From: Candidatus Kapaibacterium sp.
GTDB lineage: Bacteria; Bacteroidota; Ignavibacteria; Kapaibacteriales; UBA2268
Assembly (NCBI GenBank): GCA_963664875.1
Contig: OY761611.1
Span: forward strand, 3,488,001-3,552,000
Reading direction: 5' to 3'
Length of the DNA stretch: 64,000 nt
The notes under the pieces were generated by a model that was not told the origin of the DNA, made no database searches, and saw nothing but the letters and a program-made list of their open reading frames with translations. Every line of letters begins with the position of its first letter. Within the stretch, counting starts at the first letter, position 1. A program made the position numbers and the translations under genes. Of the stretch, positions 20,501 through 31,854 are shown piece by piece.

Positions 20501-21639
20501 CTGTTGGAGCAAAACAGATGTCTGAATTTAAGTTTTCACCTACTGAAATTAGAGATTATGCAGCTGAAATTGTGATTATTACTCAGTCAGATACTTTATA
20601 TCAGACAATATCAGGAACTGGCGATGAAGAAACAATATTATCAAATCCTGATATCATAGACTTTGGTATAGTTGATTTATATAAAACAAAAGATTCCTTA
20701 GTTACATTGATAAGAAATGTTGCAACAAAACCAATCGAAATTACTAAAATTGAAATGCTTGGCCCGGATAAGGAGCAGTTTATTTTTAATGATCTAACTC
20801 AGATTCAAGCTTTTACTTTAGCAGGAAACACAGATTATAGTCTAAACCTTCGCTTCAATCCTAAGTATATGGGTAGAACAAGCGGTCAGGTAGCGTTCCA
20901 CTTTGATGGTGCAGGCTCTCCGGCAATAGCTCAGCTTTATGGCGCCGGTATCGGTGCGGAGTTATCAGCTTCTACTGACACCGCATATGTTGGCGATGTC
21001 ATTGGAATAGATATTAGTTTTGATAATAATGATATTGCGAAATTTGCAGAGGTGATTGGCTCATTTGAGGGTGTTGTTCGTGTTGAAAGTAGCATCCTGG
21101 GTGCTTTGCACAAAGAAGATTTGGTAGAAATAAAAGCTGATTCGGCTTATATCAAATTCAAAGGCGAAATCAATTCAGCAAGTAATATCATTGCAACAAT
21201 TCCTCTTAAAGTGGCTCTCGGACGAGTTGAAAGTACATGTATCGACTTTGAATATGTTAAATGGTTCGACACCGAAGGCAATGAGATAGTCTATGACACA
21301 GAATTTACAAGCGGCTTTTTCAAGCAGCTCGGTATCTGCGAAGAGGGTGGTAAACGCTTCTTTAATCCTGATGGAATAGTCGGCATCTCCAACCTCTCCC
21401 CTAACCCGGCCGAGAACCGCATACAGATAGACTTCTCAGTCATCGAAGCAGGTTATACAGAAATAACTTTAGTAAATATGCTTGGGAAAACCGTTGCCAC
21501 ATTTTTTGCTGAAGATATTTCGGATTTTCAAGATAGGCAAATCATAAAAGATGTAACAGACATAGGTTCAGGACAATATATCCTTCAGTTCAAAACACCT
21601 ACATATATAGAAATACGCAAACTAATCATACTAAAGTAG
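17596..21639 (+). CDS. Secreted multidomain protein: VWA, beta-propeller repeats, Ig-like domains and T9SS CTD
   Basis: Signal peptide; MIDAS DISGS..LTDG; repeats WxKxYGG/QTxDxGYIIAG; C-terminal SPNPA..GQYIL..KLIILK. Confidence 0.85.
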   Translation: MRYIVILLLIVWHSIALSQSLQVFDIDTTDFPIMRAKFFATDINGHQLTDLDESDFRITENGEERIINSISCPESVRNDSLSILFSFDISGSMGENPIEKSKEFSQFLLDRITVPPDEVALQTCNDKSSILLDFSTDKTKISEVISSITTGGSNDFIEQLMNQKTGAIVIAQSGKFKKHIILLTDGFWKKMSEAEEAECIKLMQTSDIIFHCLVFEEVTKNNDNVINNLEHISYATGGVFRKNIITRNLGLQLADFMALNILDDEPCIIEWVSEYSCGEQKSTLNFQIPGNNVEFKSNYSKYNEQTHLLLSPPILNLVDEPLNIKCETIVNITAIYDDIVIDTILCSNSSFEIRPTSFFIEKGNSTNIFLSFTPKDKNYLYTRLRFVGSDLCWQNYEVTAYYTGVESENKTLEITHPNGEEKFLIGSDTLINWQGISSNDRVKIEFSSDSGDTWKNLSLTANNLSYEWNNIPHETSDNCLIKVSSMYDLPQWQKRYGGSYVDNLRSVIQTDDHGYIMAGTSQSVDGDVSGNYGSQDWWIVKTDSLGNIEWEQNYGGTERDWVSEIVQTKDRGYIIAGRTYSSDIDVKHNYGASDCWVVKIDSVGKIEWEKCFGGSKEDEARSVIETSDGEYIVVGYATSDDGLVQGSHNAERGLGDIWILKIDKLGNIKWQQCYGGTGRDSPASIEETHDKGFVIAGYTGSMDGDIGARTSSEGIFVFKLDMDGTIVWKKMLGIHNAYTNCYDVHQTSDGGYIVLGYLESFWPDAEIITKERDCWIHKLDKDGNIEWVRLYGGDKDDLGRSICETEDKGFIIVGYSESNPEHKPYSVSDDLWAFKLDQNGFKEWEKYFEFETTEEGWDVHQTHDKGYIIAGSPIRKQSSYDYWLIKLFSDDTYIQSDTSDAVFSIVKPEVSSQDIYMGKAVINKSKDSVVVDFIENIGQWQCRIDTIYFQGADSEFFSLNGPHPIYTVAVGAKQMSEFKFSPTEIRDYAAEIVIITQSDTLYQTISGTGDEETILSNPDIIDFGIVDLYKTKDSLVTLIRNVATKPIEITKIEMLGPDKEQFIFNDLTQIQAFTLAGNTDYSLNLRFNPKYMGRTSGQVAFHFDGAGSPAIAQLYGAGIGAELSASTDTAYVGDVIGIDISFDNNDIAKFAEVIGSFEGVVRVESSILGALHKEDLVEIKADSAYIKFKGEINSASNIIATIPLKVALGRVESTCIDFEYVKWFDTEGNEIVYDTEFTSGFFKQLGICEEGGKRFFNPDGIVGISNLSPNPAENRIQIDFSVIEAGYTEITLVNMLGKTVATFFAEDISDFQDRQIIKDVTDIGSGQYILQFKTPTYIEIRKLIILK

Positions 21640-21842
21640 AAGAATTATAGTCAACAGAGTATTGATAATATATCACAAATACGTCCATTCGCGTATTGTT
21701 AATACCAAATATAATAAATAAATATATACCATATTGTGTGTATATAATATAAATATTTATTTTATGTAAAATATTTCTTGTGTAGATTGTATTAATTATA
21801 TAAATTTATAATATTATATACATTTTAAAATGGAACATCTAT

Positions 21843-22433
21843 ATGAAACTAATGATTATGTTATTTATGTTTATTGTTGGATTCTTTAATATCCAATCTA
21901 CTGCACAAGAACCTATTCAAACCATATGTGTTGAATTTCCTGAAATCGACTACATTCCACTTGATAGTTTACAACTATCTGTCCCAGTCGGAGATACTCT
22001 ATTGAGTGTTGAAGTTGATTTAGAATATCGTGTTACACCTGACTATTCAGAATACTCCATACATGAGTTAAGATTTGCAGAAGACTTAAAGGCTGACTTA
22101 GTAGAAGAAGTTCTGGAAAACACGTTAGCAATGATAGTTATTAATAATCCTGCTAATTTTGATTATGGAGATTGGCGATTAAAGCTACCTGCGTGCTGGG
22201 TAGCCATAATGGATATTTTGAGCTCTTTGCAGGAATGCGTAGACGTGCAGAGATGCATGACCTATACACTCACAGTAGCTGCAAGTGAAAAATGTGAAGA
22301 TGTTTTAGTATACACTAATTTTAGAGAAACAGAATATGATATGTGTAGATCCATTTTTCCAGATAATGCCTGTGAGGGCGTAAGTGTTAGTGTAAAAAGA
22401 GCATTAAGTAGAACAACTTCATCGGAGCAATAA
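21843..22433 (+). CDS. Secreted Cys-containing hypothetical protein
   Basis: Signal peptide; weak similarity to a domain of 51920-54016. Confidence 0.65.
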   Translation: MKLMIMLFMFIVGFFNIQSTAQEPIQTICVEFPEIDYIPLDSLQLSVPVGDTLLSVEVDLEYRVTPDYSEYSIHELRFAEDLKADLVEEVLENTLAMIVINNPANFDYGDWRLKLPACWVAIMDILSSLQECVDVQRCMTYTLTVAASEKCEDVLVYTNFRETEYDMCRSIFPDNACEGVSVSVKRALSRTTSSEQ

Positions 22434-22434
22434 A

Positions 22435-23265
22435 ATGAAAAGCTTAAAAATATTAGCATTAATTTTTCTGTTTATTATAAGCAGCATAAACAGTTATTCA
22501 GTTGAACGTCAAGTTCAGCCAATTATAGAGAAAGATAACGAGAATACAAAGTTTATAATTTGGGAAATAGATAGTATCGGCAACAGAATACCTCGTTATA
22601 TAAAGTGGAATTCTGCATTATTGAGAGATACAAACAAACGGATGAATTTAACGTATCTATCATACCCTCAATTGGATTCGATAGAAGTGAATTTAATTAT
22701 AACAGATTTTACATCAGACAAAGTCAATGACTTTATATTTGATATCCAAGGATACGATTCTCTTACATCTTCAAGAATTAGTCTGAGTCATGCTATTGCA
22801 GCAAAGGATAGTTTAATAGCTCTTGATACTATTAATATTGGAACGTTTAATTCAAACTTGCAATTTTTTACGAATCAGGAAAGATATGTTGTGGAAACAT
22901 CTGAAGTCTTAAAAAATAAAGAATACAAAATATCTAAATTGTCAATAGATAAGTCTATTGGCATAATAGACACCTCAACTTCAGTACTTTCTGAAAAAGG
23001 GCTAAGCAATGATATTAAAGTGTATCCTAATCCTACAAGTTCTACACTTAATATAGTAATAAACTTAGATGTACAGCAGTTATTTAACTCTCTAGAAATC
23101 GACCTTGTAAATTTAGATGGTCAAATCTTGAACCGGATAATTACAAACGATAATATAATAAACCCAAATAAAATGGATATGAAGAGCTATCCTGTGGGAA
23201 CATATTATTTGTTGATACGATTAGATAACAAGTTAATCCAAATAGAAAAAATAATAAAAATATAG
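22435..23265 (+). CDS. T9SS type A sorting-domain protein
   Basis: Signal peptide; IKVYPNPT..GTYYL..EKIIKI. Confidence 0.85.
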   Translation: MKSLKILALIFLFIISSINSYSVERQVQPIIEKDNENTKFIIWEIDSIGNRIPRYIKWNSALLRDTNKRMNLTYLSYPQLDSIEVNLIITDFTSDKVNDFIFDIQGYDSLTSSRISLSHAIAAKDSLIALDTINIGTFNSNLQFFTNQERYVVETSEVLKNKEYKISKLSIDKSIGIIDTSTSVLSEKGLSNDIKVYPNPTSSTLNIVINLDVQQLFNSLEIDLVNLDGQILNRIITNDNIINPNKMDMKSYPVGTYYLLIRLDNKLIQIEKIIKI

Positions 23266-23275
23266 AAGGTGAATT

Positions 23276-26200
23276 ATGAGACTCAATAAGCTTTTTATCG
23301 TATTATTTTCAATTATATTACTTTCCTCATTACCGATAATAGCTCAGCAATACGATGCATATCAATCAGCAATGAATGGATTTTCAAATAATTACACAAA
23401 TGGTTCGAAGACCAGTGATGGAACAGTGGCAATCTCAGAAACAAATCTAAACGCTGTTTATTCTTATGAAATTTCCAACTATAATATAAATGATGCAAAT
23501 ATTAATGTGACTCTTAATTATTCCGGTCAGGTTCAATTCTCTTCTTTTGTAGATTATGACACCGAGTGGATAAGAAAGGTTTCGAAGAAACCTGCATGGA
23601 TTGTAGGGGTAAATGGTTTTGCCGTAGATGTACTAAAAGAAAATGGATTGTTCTCAAACCCTGAATGGTTATATAGAACAGACGCACCCTTGAGAAATAA
23701 TTCATATTACTGGGATACTGATTGGTTTAATGAGATCAAAACAGCCTTAACAGAGGATTCTTATGCCACATATGATATAGAATTTTCAAATAAAGATATG
23801 GTATGGATGGTCGATGGATATGATTTCTGTAATGACTTAGAGGAATTAGACAATACCCATGCTTTTGAAACAATATCACTTCTAAGAGCAGACGGAACTT
23901 TACTTCAATTAAGAAACGAAGCTCCAAAAGTTAGATCGGGCAGATATTTTGAGGTCGGAGCAAACAGTACAGGATACGCTTACATAAAAGAAGATGGAGC
24001 ACATAATAGTCTTACTGATGCGGCTTTATATCCGGGTGATGCAATTGGAACAGATGGGTATGCAGATAGAGTAAGGGTTCTTTATTATTATCCTGGGGAT
24101 GGCTATGAATACGTTTTCCAGGAATATATTACTCCTTATGGAAAAAAATATTTCAATCAGGGACATTCCGACGAAGCTTATAGCCTAGGTGAAGAAGGAG
24201 CTTTGGAAGATCCAATTGGTTATGGTAGGCAATCATCAGGGGCTTCTGCTGGTACACCAAAGGTATTTTATTTAGTTCGTATTAATCATCAAAACAGGGA
24301 ACTTATAAGATTACGCTATGAATGGCATTATTCTAATCCTACTGAGCCTGAATTAGCCGATAACCCAAATACATCTGAACATGAAGTTCGTTTTAATGAT
24401 GGTGCCATTGGAAGAGCAGGCATTTCTTATTTTAATCATCATTACTTTAACTGGAAATACAACAAATATACAATAAGAGCTTTTAATAAAGAGTATATTA
24501 TTGATTGTGGAAAGGATAATTTTAATTCTCCAGAAGGTGATCCGTTTCACGTATATTTTCCTAATGTAACATTTTATGGATTATATTATCCAAGACAAAG
24601 TTCAAATCTTGAAAAATCAGCCGGTACTTTTTATAATAGTGGTTGGAAACAGGATGCTGACGTAAAGACTAGTTCAAATGCTGATAATAAGTGGTATGTT
24701 CCATTATATTCCTTGCATTCAATAAATGATTTTGGTAGTTATAATAGAGCTGATAATACGCAATCTCTTACTATGACTCCTGATACCGCCGCATTTGACG
24801 ATGCCTATGACCACCAAGAAATAATTATTGCACCTTATGAATACTTCTTTACTGCGTTGTATTATCCGTCTAAAATAACACAAAAGGTCTGGACATATGA
24901 ATATGAGGATAATGCAGCTGTAAATGATAATTCTGAGCCAGTTGAAGAACGCAATACCTATTTTACTTATGAAGATTATTCTGTGAGGACTCCTCTTGGT
25001 ACTATGAACCAACCCTCCGCTATTAATTTCCCGGGTAGAGCGTGTGGTACTGAAATTAATGCAGTGCTTGACAAGGCAAAAGATGATTATTTCGATGGAA
25101 ATATTTCAAAAGCTAGTCTGAATGTCTATTATACAAATACAGATAAACGAATAATAAAGATTGATGAACCAACTAAAATATATAATTTTGATTACCATAA
25201 AAAGAATGAACCTTATTCTATTCCTGATATAATAAATCCTGATCAAAGTGCCGGTTATACTTTAGAAACAGTTAGTAGCTATTTTACTAACAACTGGATG
25301 GTTGCTACAAATGCAGTCGCAAACTTTTCAATAGTAGATCGAACAACTTTGCAACCGGTGAGAATTACCGACTATAATATAGAAAATTATATGCAAACCA
25401 GTCATACAGTTTATAAAACTGATAAAATTCCATATTGGAATTTATCTGCAGGAGCAGTTAGTTACTCTACTATGGATGAAGTTAAAACTACTACTCAGTA
25501 TGATTACTTTGCTTATGATTTAACGTTGGCGAGCAGCACTACCCCTACATCGACATATAGAACTGTAGCTTTAAGACCAAATTACAAAAAAGTAGAATAT
25601 AATAAGTATTTAGATATTGATAGGGTCAATTTTGTACCTACTACTATAGAAACATCTTATACATACTCATTATTAGATCCTGCAAGTAGTTCTTCTTCTA
25701 TTACATATTGGAAAGATGACATTACATCAATAACAACAACTATCGATGGCAATGAAGTTGACCATAGAGAATATGTAAATACTTATAACGATAATATATT
25801 ATTTGAATATACAGATATGCAGAGTCGTTTTGCAGTTAAGGATCAAACTGTTGAAACTATATATGATAATGCTGGACAAATTCTCAAAAAGAATGTAACC
25901 AAATATCAGTCTCTGATTCCTGAATTCAGTGATGTATCCTTTGACGATACATATGATTATATCGGATATTCTCGACCATTATCGCAAGAGTCATGGGTTT
26001 TCGAGAATAAAATTTATGACGAGAGAACATACTTTCAATATTTTATGGATGCTACATTTTCATACATTCCTCCATTAGGTTGGACTCCCCCTGATATCGA
26101 TTGGGATGCGATATCAATTGGAGATGGATCTAATAATAATCCTTTTTCTAAAATAAAGGAAAATGATGAAACTCTAAATACAAAAAGACCTAAAAACTTT

Positions 26201-29200
26201 GATTATGAATCATGTTTTTGGAGTGAGCAAAAATGGCTACAATGGGATACCACAAAACGAGTAGCCCTTTATCCGATAATTAATATCCCTTATCGTTCTG
26301 AAACTCTTGATGCTAGTGGCCAATTGATTATAGGTCAGGAACAAACAATCAATACATCTGAACTTATTAATTTTGAAGGGAAAGATATTCTGTCATATTC
26401 AAGAGGGAAACCAGTTGCTACATATCGGTTAGTAAATAATAATGGAACAATTGTAAAGGAAAAGACTGATTCCATTCTGTATGCTTTTGGTTATCAAGGT
26501 GGCGGACTTCCGTTCAAACATATAAATGCAAACGGTGCAATATCTGCTAATTACTACTTATATAACCATAAAAATCAAACAACCTTAAGCAGTACCGGAG
26601 GAACAAATCCACAATTTGCAGTTGAAGATTTCTGGAATCCTGAGATTGCAGATTTTGACTCATCACCTTGTGGGTGTGAACCTGATTTATTCTTTACTCC
26701 TGCAGGTATATTGCCAACAAACAGTAATACATTTGTCTTCGATAAGATTGTTGAAACAAGAAACCTAACAACACGAGGAGCTCCTGTCGCGACAAGATAT
26801 TTTGTCAGAAAGTATGCTCCTTTAGATTTACCTGACGAAGATGATGAATATGATGGAATTATATCTATCGATACACCTGAAGAAGTAAAGCTTAACGGTA
26901 AAAATGATATTCAATCTTTTGAGCTTGATGATTCAGGTAATCTACTGTTATCTGAAAAAGATTTAGTAGGAGATGACAAAATTGCATTCTCTTTGAATAC
27001 AATCAATGAGTACAGTCCAACAGGTATTAAGTTATCTACGATAGAACCTAACTTTTTTTTATCAAACTTTACTTATGATAATAGTGATCGTTTAAGTCGA
27101 ATAAACTTGCCATATGATTTTGCTAATCCTTTCTCAGATGAGACAAGCACTTGTTATTCAGGTAATTATTTAAAAATGTCGGCAAACTCTACTGTTATAT
27201 CAACAACTAGGAATTTTAGTTACTTATATTACGTCGATGGAAATACTTGGTATTTAGATTTTTCTGATAATGGATTAACCGATAATTGTAGTTATTATGC
27301 TGGTTCAGGTTATATTGGGTTTGAAAAAAATAGTACAACAAATATACCATTAAAAGAAGTTGTAGATTCTGATGGTAATACTTATAACAAAGCTCCAGAT
27401 TTAATTACCGGTACAATAATTTCTGACTTGGAGAAAGAATTATCTGATGAAGCCAAAGCAGTTGTAACAGTAGATATTCTTTCTTTAGAAAGTAACAATG
27501 GTATAGAAAATACGGATCTCCAAGAGTCTGAATTATTTGTTGAATTTTCTCTGCCACCTGGGTATAATACAATAAATAGTATTAATGACATTTGGATACA
27601 ATTTAAAGATTTTCAAATTTACAAGAATATAGTAAGTACAAATGCAGACCAATTGCCGGGCACATTTTTTCTATCAATCAACTTATTTGACGTAGTTGGA
27701 AGTGTATATGTAGCAGTATCCGGAGTTGAACCTATAATAGCAAAAGTCGAAGCTAATGATATAGTAAGAGATTATACTGAGGATATTAATAGCCACTCTC
27801 AGGAATCGACATTAGATTTAAAAGGACTATTATTTAGCAGTGCTTTTTCTACTGAATTAATGAATCTTCTTAATACACAAGGGCGTGCATTCCTATCATT
27901 CAGAATTATATCATGTGATGAAAATGGTGTTGTCTTTTATGGAACATCTTCTAATATCTCCGTATCATTAGATGGTGATTTTGAAGTGAGCAATTCTTAT
28001 GATCTGGACTTTGTTCGGTCAAACTTTACAATGTGCGATTACACACTAAGAAATATATACTCTCCAATCTTTTTTGGATATAAAAATACTGCATATAATA
28101 CTCTAACAAAAATTGATGATCAGTATAAAAACTTTTTTGCAAGTTCATCTACCACTGGTTTAGATAGTAGATACAGTGAAACAGTAACCCAACTTTTATA
28201 TGATTATAAACCATTTAAAGTTAGACAATTAGATGCATCAGGTAATACAACTACAACAACTTATGCGTTACCTTCTTTACAAAAAACACCATTTGAAACC
28301 GTTGAGATTGCAAATGATTTTCATAGTGGTAAAGAAATAAATACTAAGAATGTATTTAATAGTGATGGTTCTCTGCTTGGCAACATTAGCTCTTTTGGCT
28401 CTACAACGACTGTAACAGAAGAGTATATTAATGCTAGTAACATAAGTTCAATAAGGACTACTTATTCGTTTTTATCTAATACTGCATATGATTTTATATT
28501 TGATAATTTTTATACTAGTACCGTACGTAAAGTAACTACAACAAATAATAATAGTATAAAATCAGAAAAATATTTCAATATATTAGGTCAGTTGATAGTA
28601 GAAATTCAAGATGCTGGCGATGCCTCTAGCCATCTAAATAAAACAAGCTTGTTTAATTATGATGATATGGGCAATATACTTGGGATACTAAATTTAAATA
28701 ATAATAGTGATTACTCTGATGATCAGGACATACTTTACAGCTATGATACAAGAGGTAGAGTTAGTGCGAAATATCAACCTGACTTAGGAATCCAGTCTTT
28801 TATATACGATTCTGTTGGAAATGTTAGGTTTTCTCAAACACAAGAGCAGCATGACAGTAGCAGAATTTCATTTTTTGAATATGATGACTTGAACAGGATA
28901 ACACTTATTGGTGAAGTTGAACTAGAAAAAGAATCTATAGAAAATGATCCTAACTTTGGAAAGACTATTACTGATCACTCAGTAGATAACCATCAACTTA
29001 TCTATTCCTACGCTCGTATGATAGATGCACTTGATCCTTATATAATTAATGATGGTGGTTTTACAGATGCAAATCTCGTAACAGCAAACAGAACTCTTTG
29101 GTATGAAAACAGAGATCATGGTATTGATTTCCCAATCGCACCAGATGAAATTGTTGAATTTGATCAAGGAATGCCATGGATATTAAATGGAATTAAGAAA

Positions 29201-31828
29201 TTTTATGATAAAGATGAGGAAGCAATATTGCCACTGATCATTCATAAAGCACCAAAACATGATTTACGTTATCAATGGGGAAATACAAATCCAAGTAATA
29301 TTAAACTTCATACTGTATTTGAAAATGTTATTTGGTATCCTGATTTGATTAGAACAGTTCTGAATTATGATGAACTTCCTGAATCTCATGGTATGATATG
29401 GAAAGAGTTTCCAGAGAAATCAGTATGGGATAATATTTCTAAGAAAACAAACGATTGGGTGATATTATCTGATAAAACTATGGGGACAACAATAAAATCC
29501 GAAGTTCGTAATCTAAAAGGTCGTCAGGCTGCAATTGCGTATAGAGAATCAGGTGCACTTCCATTTAACTATATGGTATTTTCTTATGATGCCAGAGGTC
29601 GCCTTGAAGCATTAATGCGTTATACTGATAATCTCGGTTATGATGCGGTTTATTACTATTACAATTCAGCTGATCAGATTACTTGCCAGATAACAGCAGA
29701 TCCAATCAGACACCAAGTTACTTGGAATGAATATGACAACTTAGGTAATTTAATATCTGTAGTAAGTACTCCTCCTCTAGATTATGGCTTGTGTAAAGAT
29801 ATCGATGGTAATTATGACTCAAGTAATCCAAGTTTTGATAATTTAATTGATGATTCAAAACTACCAACAGCTACAGATAAATACTATCAATATTTTAAAA
29901 ATTTGAAGGACAACTACACTAATCCTGATGCTGAATATACTTATTATGATAATGGACTTATTCAAAATATCTATTATTATGATGACAACAATGAGCAATA
30001 TACAACTATTAAGTCTTATGATGAACATAAGCGACTAGTCACTGCTGAAAATAAAAATCCAAATGAGGATATATTGTTTGCAGAGAATATTGTTTACGAT
30101 ACTAATGACGAAAATCTTGGTTTTATAAATGAATATACTGTTGACAATAGAACAATAGCTTATAGTTATGACAATCTTGGACAGTTAACAGCATCTACGG
30201 ATGATATGGGTGGACTTCTTCAACAGTATAACTACACCTATGATAATATGGGTAATAGACTTGTTTCTACACAAAATTCTTGGTTAGGAGGAACGGTATT
30301 AACTTCTACAACTAAGAGATCTACAATTGACTTTGGTAAAAATACTGTGTCTAATGTCGAAACAGTTCCAAATCCATTATTACCTGTGGAATATAAATCT
30401 GTCCAGGATTATAATTCCAGTGGTTTGTTAAAACATAAACGAAGCTTCAAATCTGGAATAATGCTTCCATTCAGCAAAGTAGTGGGTAAAGATAACACAA
30501 GTGTGTATGAGTATGACACAAAAGGTTTATTACATAGATATGCCTATAAAGAACAAGTTGTACATTCTTCTTCAGAGATAGATTTTGATTGTTTGATGGA
30601 TATAAACGACGAAGAAAGAATTGAGTGGCGCTATGCTTATAATCCAATGGGTGATAGAGAGCAGAAACGTGTCTTCCATACTCCTAATGGAGATGATAAT
30701 TGGAATTTCTATCCTTGGACTTATAATTTGCTCGGAGCTTCAGGAAATGCATTAGCTGTTTACCATGGTGCTCAGATTTCTGATAGTGTTGTATATTGTG
30801 AATTATGGGTGGGTGACGCACATTATGATGGCTATGCAGATATTAATATTACTAGACCATATAAACGAAATTACTATGACCTAGATACTAATATGAATAT
30901 AGTCATGCTATATCCTGCAGAATTTAATGCTACACCGGGAATCAGTTACAGACCTGATTTTGATTCTGAGAATGGTTTTAGAACTACTTGGAAAAAACAT
31001 CTAATGTTTGCAGACCGAATGGGATCAACTCGATATGTAGTTAGTGCTGATGATATTGAAAAGTTCCATTACGAGCCATTTGGAAAACAACTACCAATAT
31101 CAGGTGACCAGCGCACCGCCTACATCGGCATGGAACTTGACCGAGAAAGCGAACTGGGCGACCACGGAGTGCGTAAAGTGGATTACGGGCTAGGCAGGTT
31201 TACTACGATAGATCCACTGTGGGAGAAATATTATGCATGGTCTCCGTACCAGTATAGTATGAATAATCCGGTGAGTTTTTTGGATTGGAATGGTAAGGAT
31301 TTTGGTTTTGTTGTACATCCAGATCAAGCAGCAGGAATGGGACATACAACTTTGTATTATCAAAATGGCCAAGGTGATTGGTTTAGATTTGATATGGGAA
31401 ATTATAATGATCAACCTTCTTCTGGAGCTTGGACGACATTGTTTGGTTTTAACTATAATGCTACTGTGAAAATCAATCCTACAAATGTTCCAAGAGATAT
31501 GATTAGATTTCAAACCACTGTCAACCAGGATGAAGAAATTGAAAAAAGTGCTCTTGAATCCCAAAGACGCCATAATTCAGGTGAAGATTCTTATAATGTA
31601 TATTCAAATAATTGTACCGATGCTGCCGTAGATGTGATATTAGATGCTAAAAATAGTGCTACTGATATTGATATAATTAATCCATGGTACACAATCAAAC
31701 CCAACTCATGGAAAGAAGATTTGCTTGAAGCCATACAGGATGGAGTACAAACAACAGATTTTAGAATGTTCGATCCGAATACTGCCAAGGAGGATACGCA
31801 ATCCTCTTCAGACGAAAATGAAGATTAG
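23276..31828 (+). CDS. Rhs/YD-repeat polymorphic toxin 1 (2850 aa) with a permuted papain-like C-terminal domain
   Basis: Signal peptide; YD repeats (YDTRGR, YDSVGN, YDNLGQ); core GRFTTIDPLWEKYYAWSPYQYSMNNPVSFLDWNG; tip GHTTLY...YNVYSNNCT. Confidence 0.9.
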   Translation: MRLNKLFIVLFSIILLSSLPIIAQQYDAYQSAMNGFSNNYTNGSKTSDGTVAISETNLNAVYSYEISNYNINDANINVTLNYSGQVQFSSFVDYDTEWIRKVSKKPAWIVGVNGFAVDVLKENGLFSNPEWLYRTDAPLRNNSYYWDTDWFNEIKTALTEDSYATYDIEFSNKDMVWMVDGYDFCNDLEELDNTHAFETISLLRADGTLLQLRNEAPKVRSGRYFEVGANSTGYAYIKEDGAHNSLTDAALYPGDAIGTDGYADRVRVLYYYPGDGYEYVFQEYITPYGKKYFNQGHSDEAYSLGEEGALEDPIGYGRQSSGASAGTPKVFYLVRINHQNRELIRLRYEWHYSNPTEPELADNPNTSEHEVRFNDGAIGRAGISYFNHHYFNWKYNKYTIRAFNKEYIIDCGKDNFNSPEGDPFHVYFPNVTFYGLYYPRQSSNLEKSAGTFYNSGWKQDADVKTSSNADNKWYVPLYSLHSINDFGSYNRADNTQSLTMTPDTAAFDDAYDHQEIIIAPYEYFFTALYYPSKITQKVWTYEYEDNAAVNDNSEPVEERNTYFTYEDYSVRTPLGTMNQPSAINFPGRACGTEINAVLDKAKDDYFDGNISKASLNVYYTNTDKRIIKIDEPTKIYNFDYHKKNEPYSIPDIINPDQSAGYTLETVSSYFTNNWMVATNAVANFSIVDRTTLQPVRITDYNIENYMQTSHTVYKTDKIPYWNLSAGAVSYSTMDEVKTTTQYDYFAYDLTLASSTTPTSTYRTVALRPNYKKVEYNKYLDIDRVNFVPTTIETSYTYSLLDPASSSSSITYWKDDITSITTTIDGNEVDHREYVNTYNDNILFEYTDMQSRFAVKDQTVETIYDNAGQILKKNVTKYQSLIPEFSDVSFDDTYDYIGYSRPLSQESWVFENKIYDERTYFQYFMDATFSYIPPLGWTPPDIDWDAISIGDGSNNNPFSKIKENDETLNTKRPKNFDYESCFWSEQKWLQWDTTKRVALYPIINIPYRSETLDASGQLIIGQEQTINTSELINFEGKDILSYSRGKPVATYRLVNNNGTIVKEKTDSILYAFGYQGGGLPFKHINANGAISANYYLYNHKNQTTLSSTGGTNPQFAVEDFWNPEIADFDSSPCGCEPDLFFTPAGILPTNSNTFVFDKIVETRNLTTRGAPVATRYFVRKYAPLDLPDEDDEYDGIISIDTPEEVKLNGKNDIQSFELDDSGNLLLSEKDLVGDDKIAFSLNTINEYSPTGIKLSTIEPNFFLSNFTYDNSDRLSRINLPYDFANPFSDETSTCYSGNYLKMSANSTVISTTRNFSYLYYVDGNTWYLDFSDNGLTDNCSYYAGSGYIGFEKNSTTNIPLKEVVDSDGNTYNKAPDLITGTIISDLEKELSDEAKAVVTVDILSLESNNGIENTDLQESELFVEFSLPPGYNTINSINDIWIQFKDFQIYKNIVSTNADQLPGTFFLSINLFDVVGSVYVAVSGVEPIIAKVEANDIVRDYTEDINSHSQESTLDLKGLLFSSAFSTELMNLLNTQGRAFLSFRIISCDENGVVFYGTSSNISVSLDGDFEVSNSYDLDFVRSNFTMCDYTLRNIYSPIFFGYKNTAYNTLTKIDDQYKNFFASSSTTGLDSRYSETVTQLLYDYKPFKVRQLDASGNTTTTTYALPSLQKTPFETVEIANDFHSGKEINTKNVFNSDGSLLGNISSFGSTTTVTEEYINASNISSIRTTYSFLSNTAYDFIFDNFYTSTVRKVTTTNNNSIKSEKYFNILGQLIVEIQDAGDASSHLNKTSLFNYDDMGNILGILNLNNNSDYSDDQDILYSYDTRGRVSAKYQPDLGIQSFIYDSVGNVRFSQTQEQHDSSRISFFEYDDLNRITLIGEVELEKESIENDPNFGKTITDHSVDNHQLIYSYARMIDALDPYIINDGGFTDANLVTANRTLWYENRDHGIDFPIAPDEIVEFDQGMPWILNGIKKFYDKDEEAILPLIIHKAPKHDLRYQWGNTNPSNIKLHTVFENVIWYPDLIRTVLNYDELPESHGMIWKEFPEKSVWDNISKKTNDWVILSDKTMGTTIKSEVRNLKGRQAAIAYRESGALPFNYMVFSYDARGRLEALMRYTDNLGYDAVYYYYNSADQITCQITADPIRHQVTWNEYDNLGNLISVVSTPPLDYGLCKDIDGNYDSSNPSFDNLIDDSKLPTATDKYYQYFKNLKDNYTNPDAEYTYYDNGLIQNIYYYDDNNEQYTTIKSYDEHKRLVTAENKNPNEDILFAENIVYDTNDENLGFINEYTVDNRTIAYSYDNLGQLTASTDDMGGLLQQYNYTYDNMGNRLVSTQNSWLGGTVLTSTTKRSTIDFGKNTVSNVETVPNPLLPVEYKSVQDYNSSGLLKHKRSFKSGIMLPFSKVVGKDNTSVYEYDTKGLLHRYAYKEQVVHSSSEIDFDCLMDINDEERIEWRYAYNPMGDREQKRVFHTPNGDDNWNFYPWTYNLLGASGNALAVYHGAQISDSVVYCELWVGDAHYDGYADINITRPYKRNYYDLDTNMNIVMLYPAEFNATPGISYRPDFDSENGFRTTWKKHLMFADRMGSTRYVVSADDIEKFHYEPFGKQLPISGDQRTAYIGMELDRESELGDHGVRKVDYGLGRFTTIDPLWEKYYAWSPYQYSMNNPVSFLDWNGKDFGFVVHPDQAAGMGHTTLYYQNGQGDWFRFDMGNYNDQPSSGAWTTLFGFNYNATVKINPTNVPRDMIRFQTTVNQDEEIEKSALESQRRHNSGEDSYNVYSNNCTDAAVDVILDAKNSATDIDIINPWYTIKPNSWKEDLLEAIQDGVQTTDFRMFDPNTAKEDTQSSSDENED

Positions 31829-31854
31829 AGTTTAATTTATTTGGGATACTATAT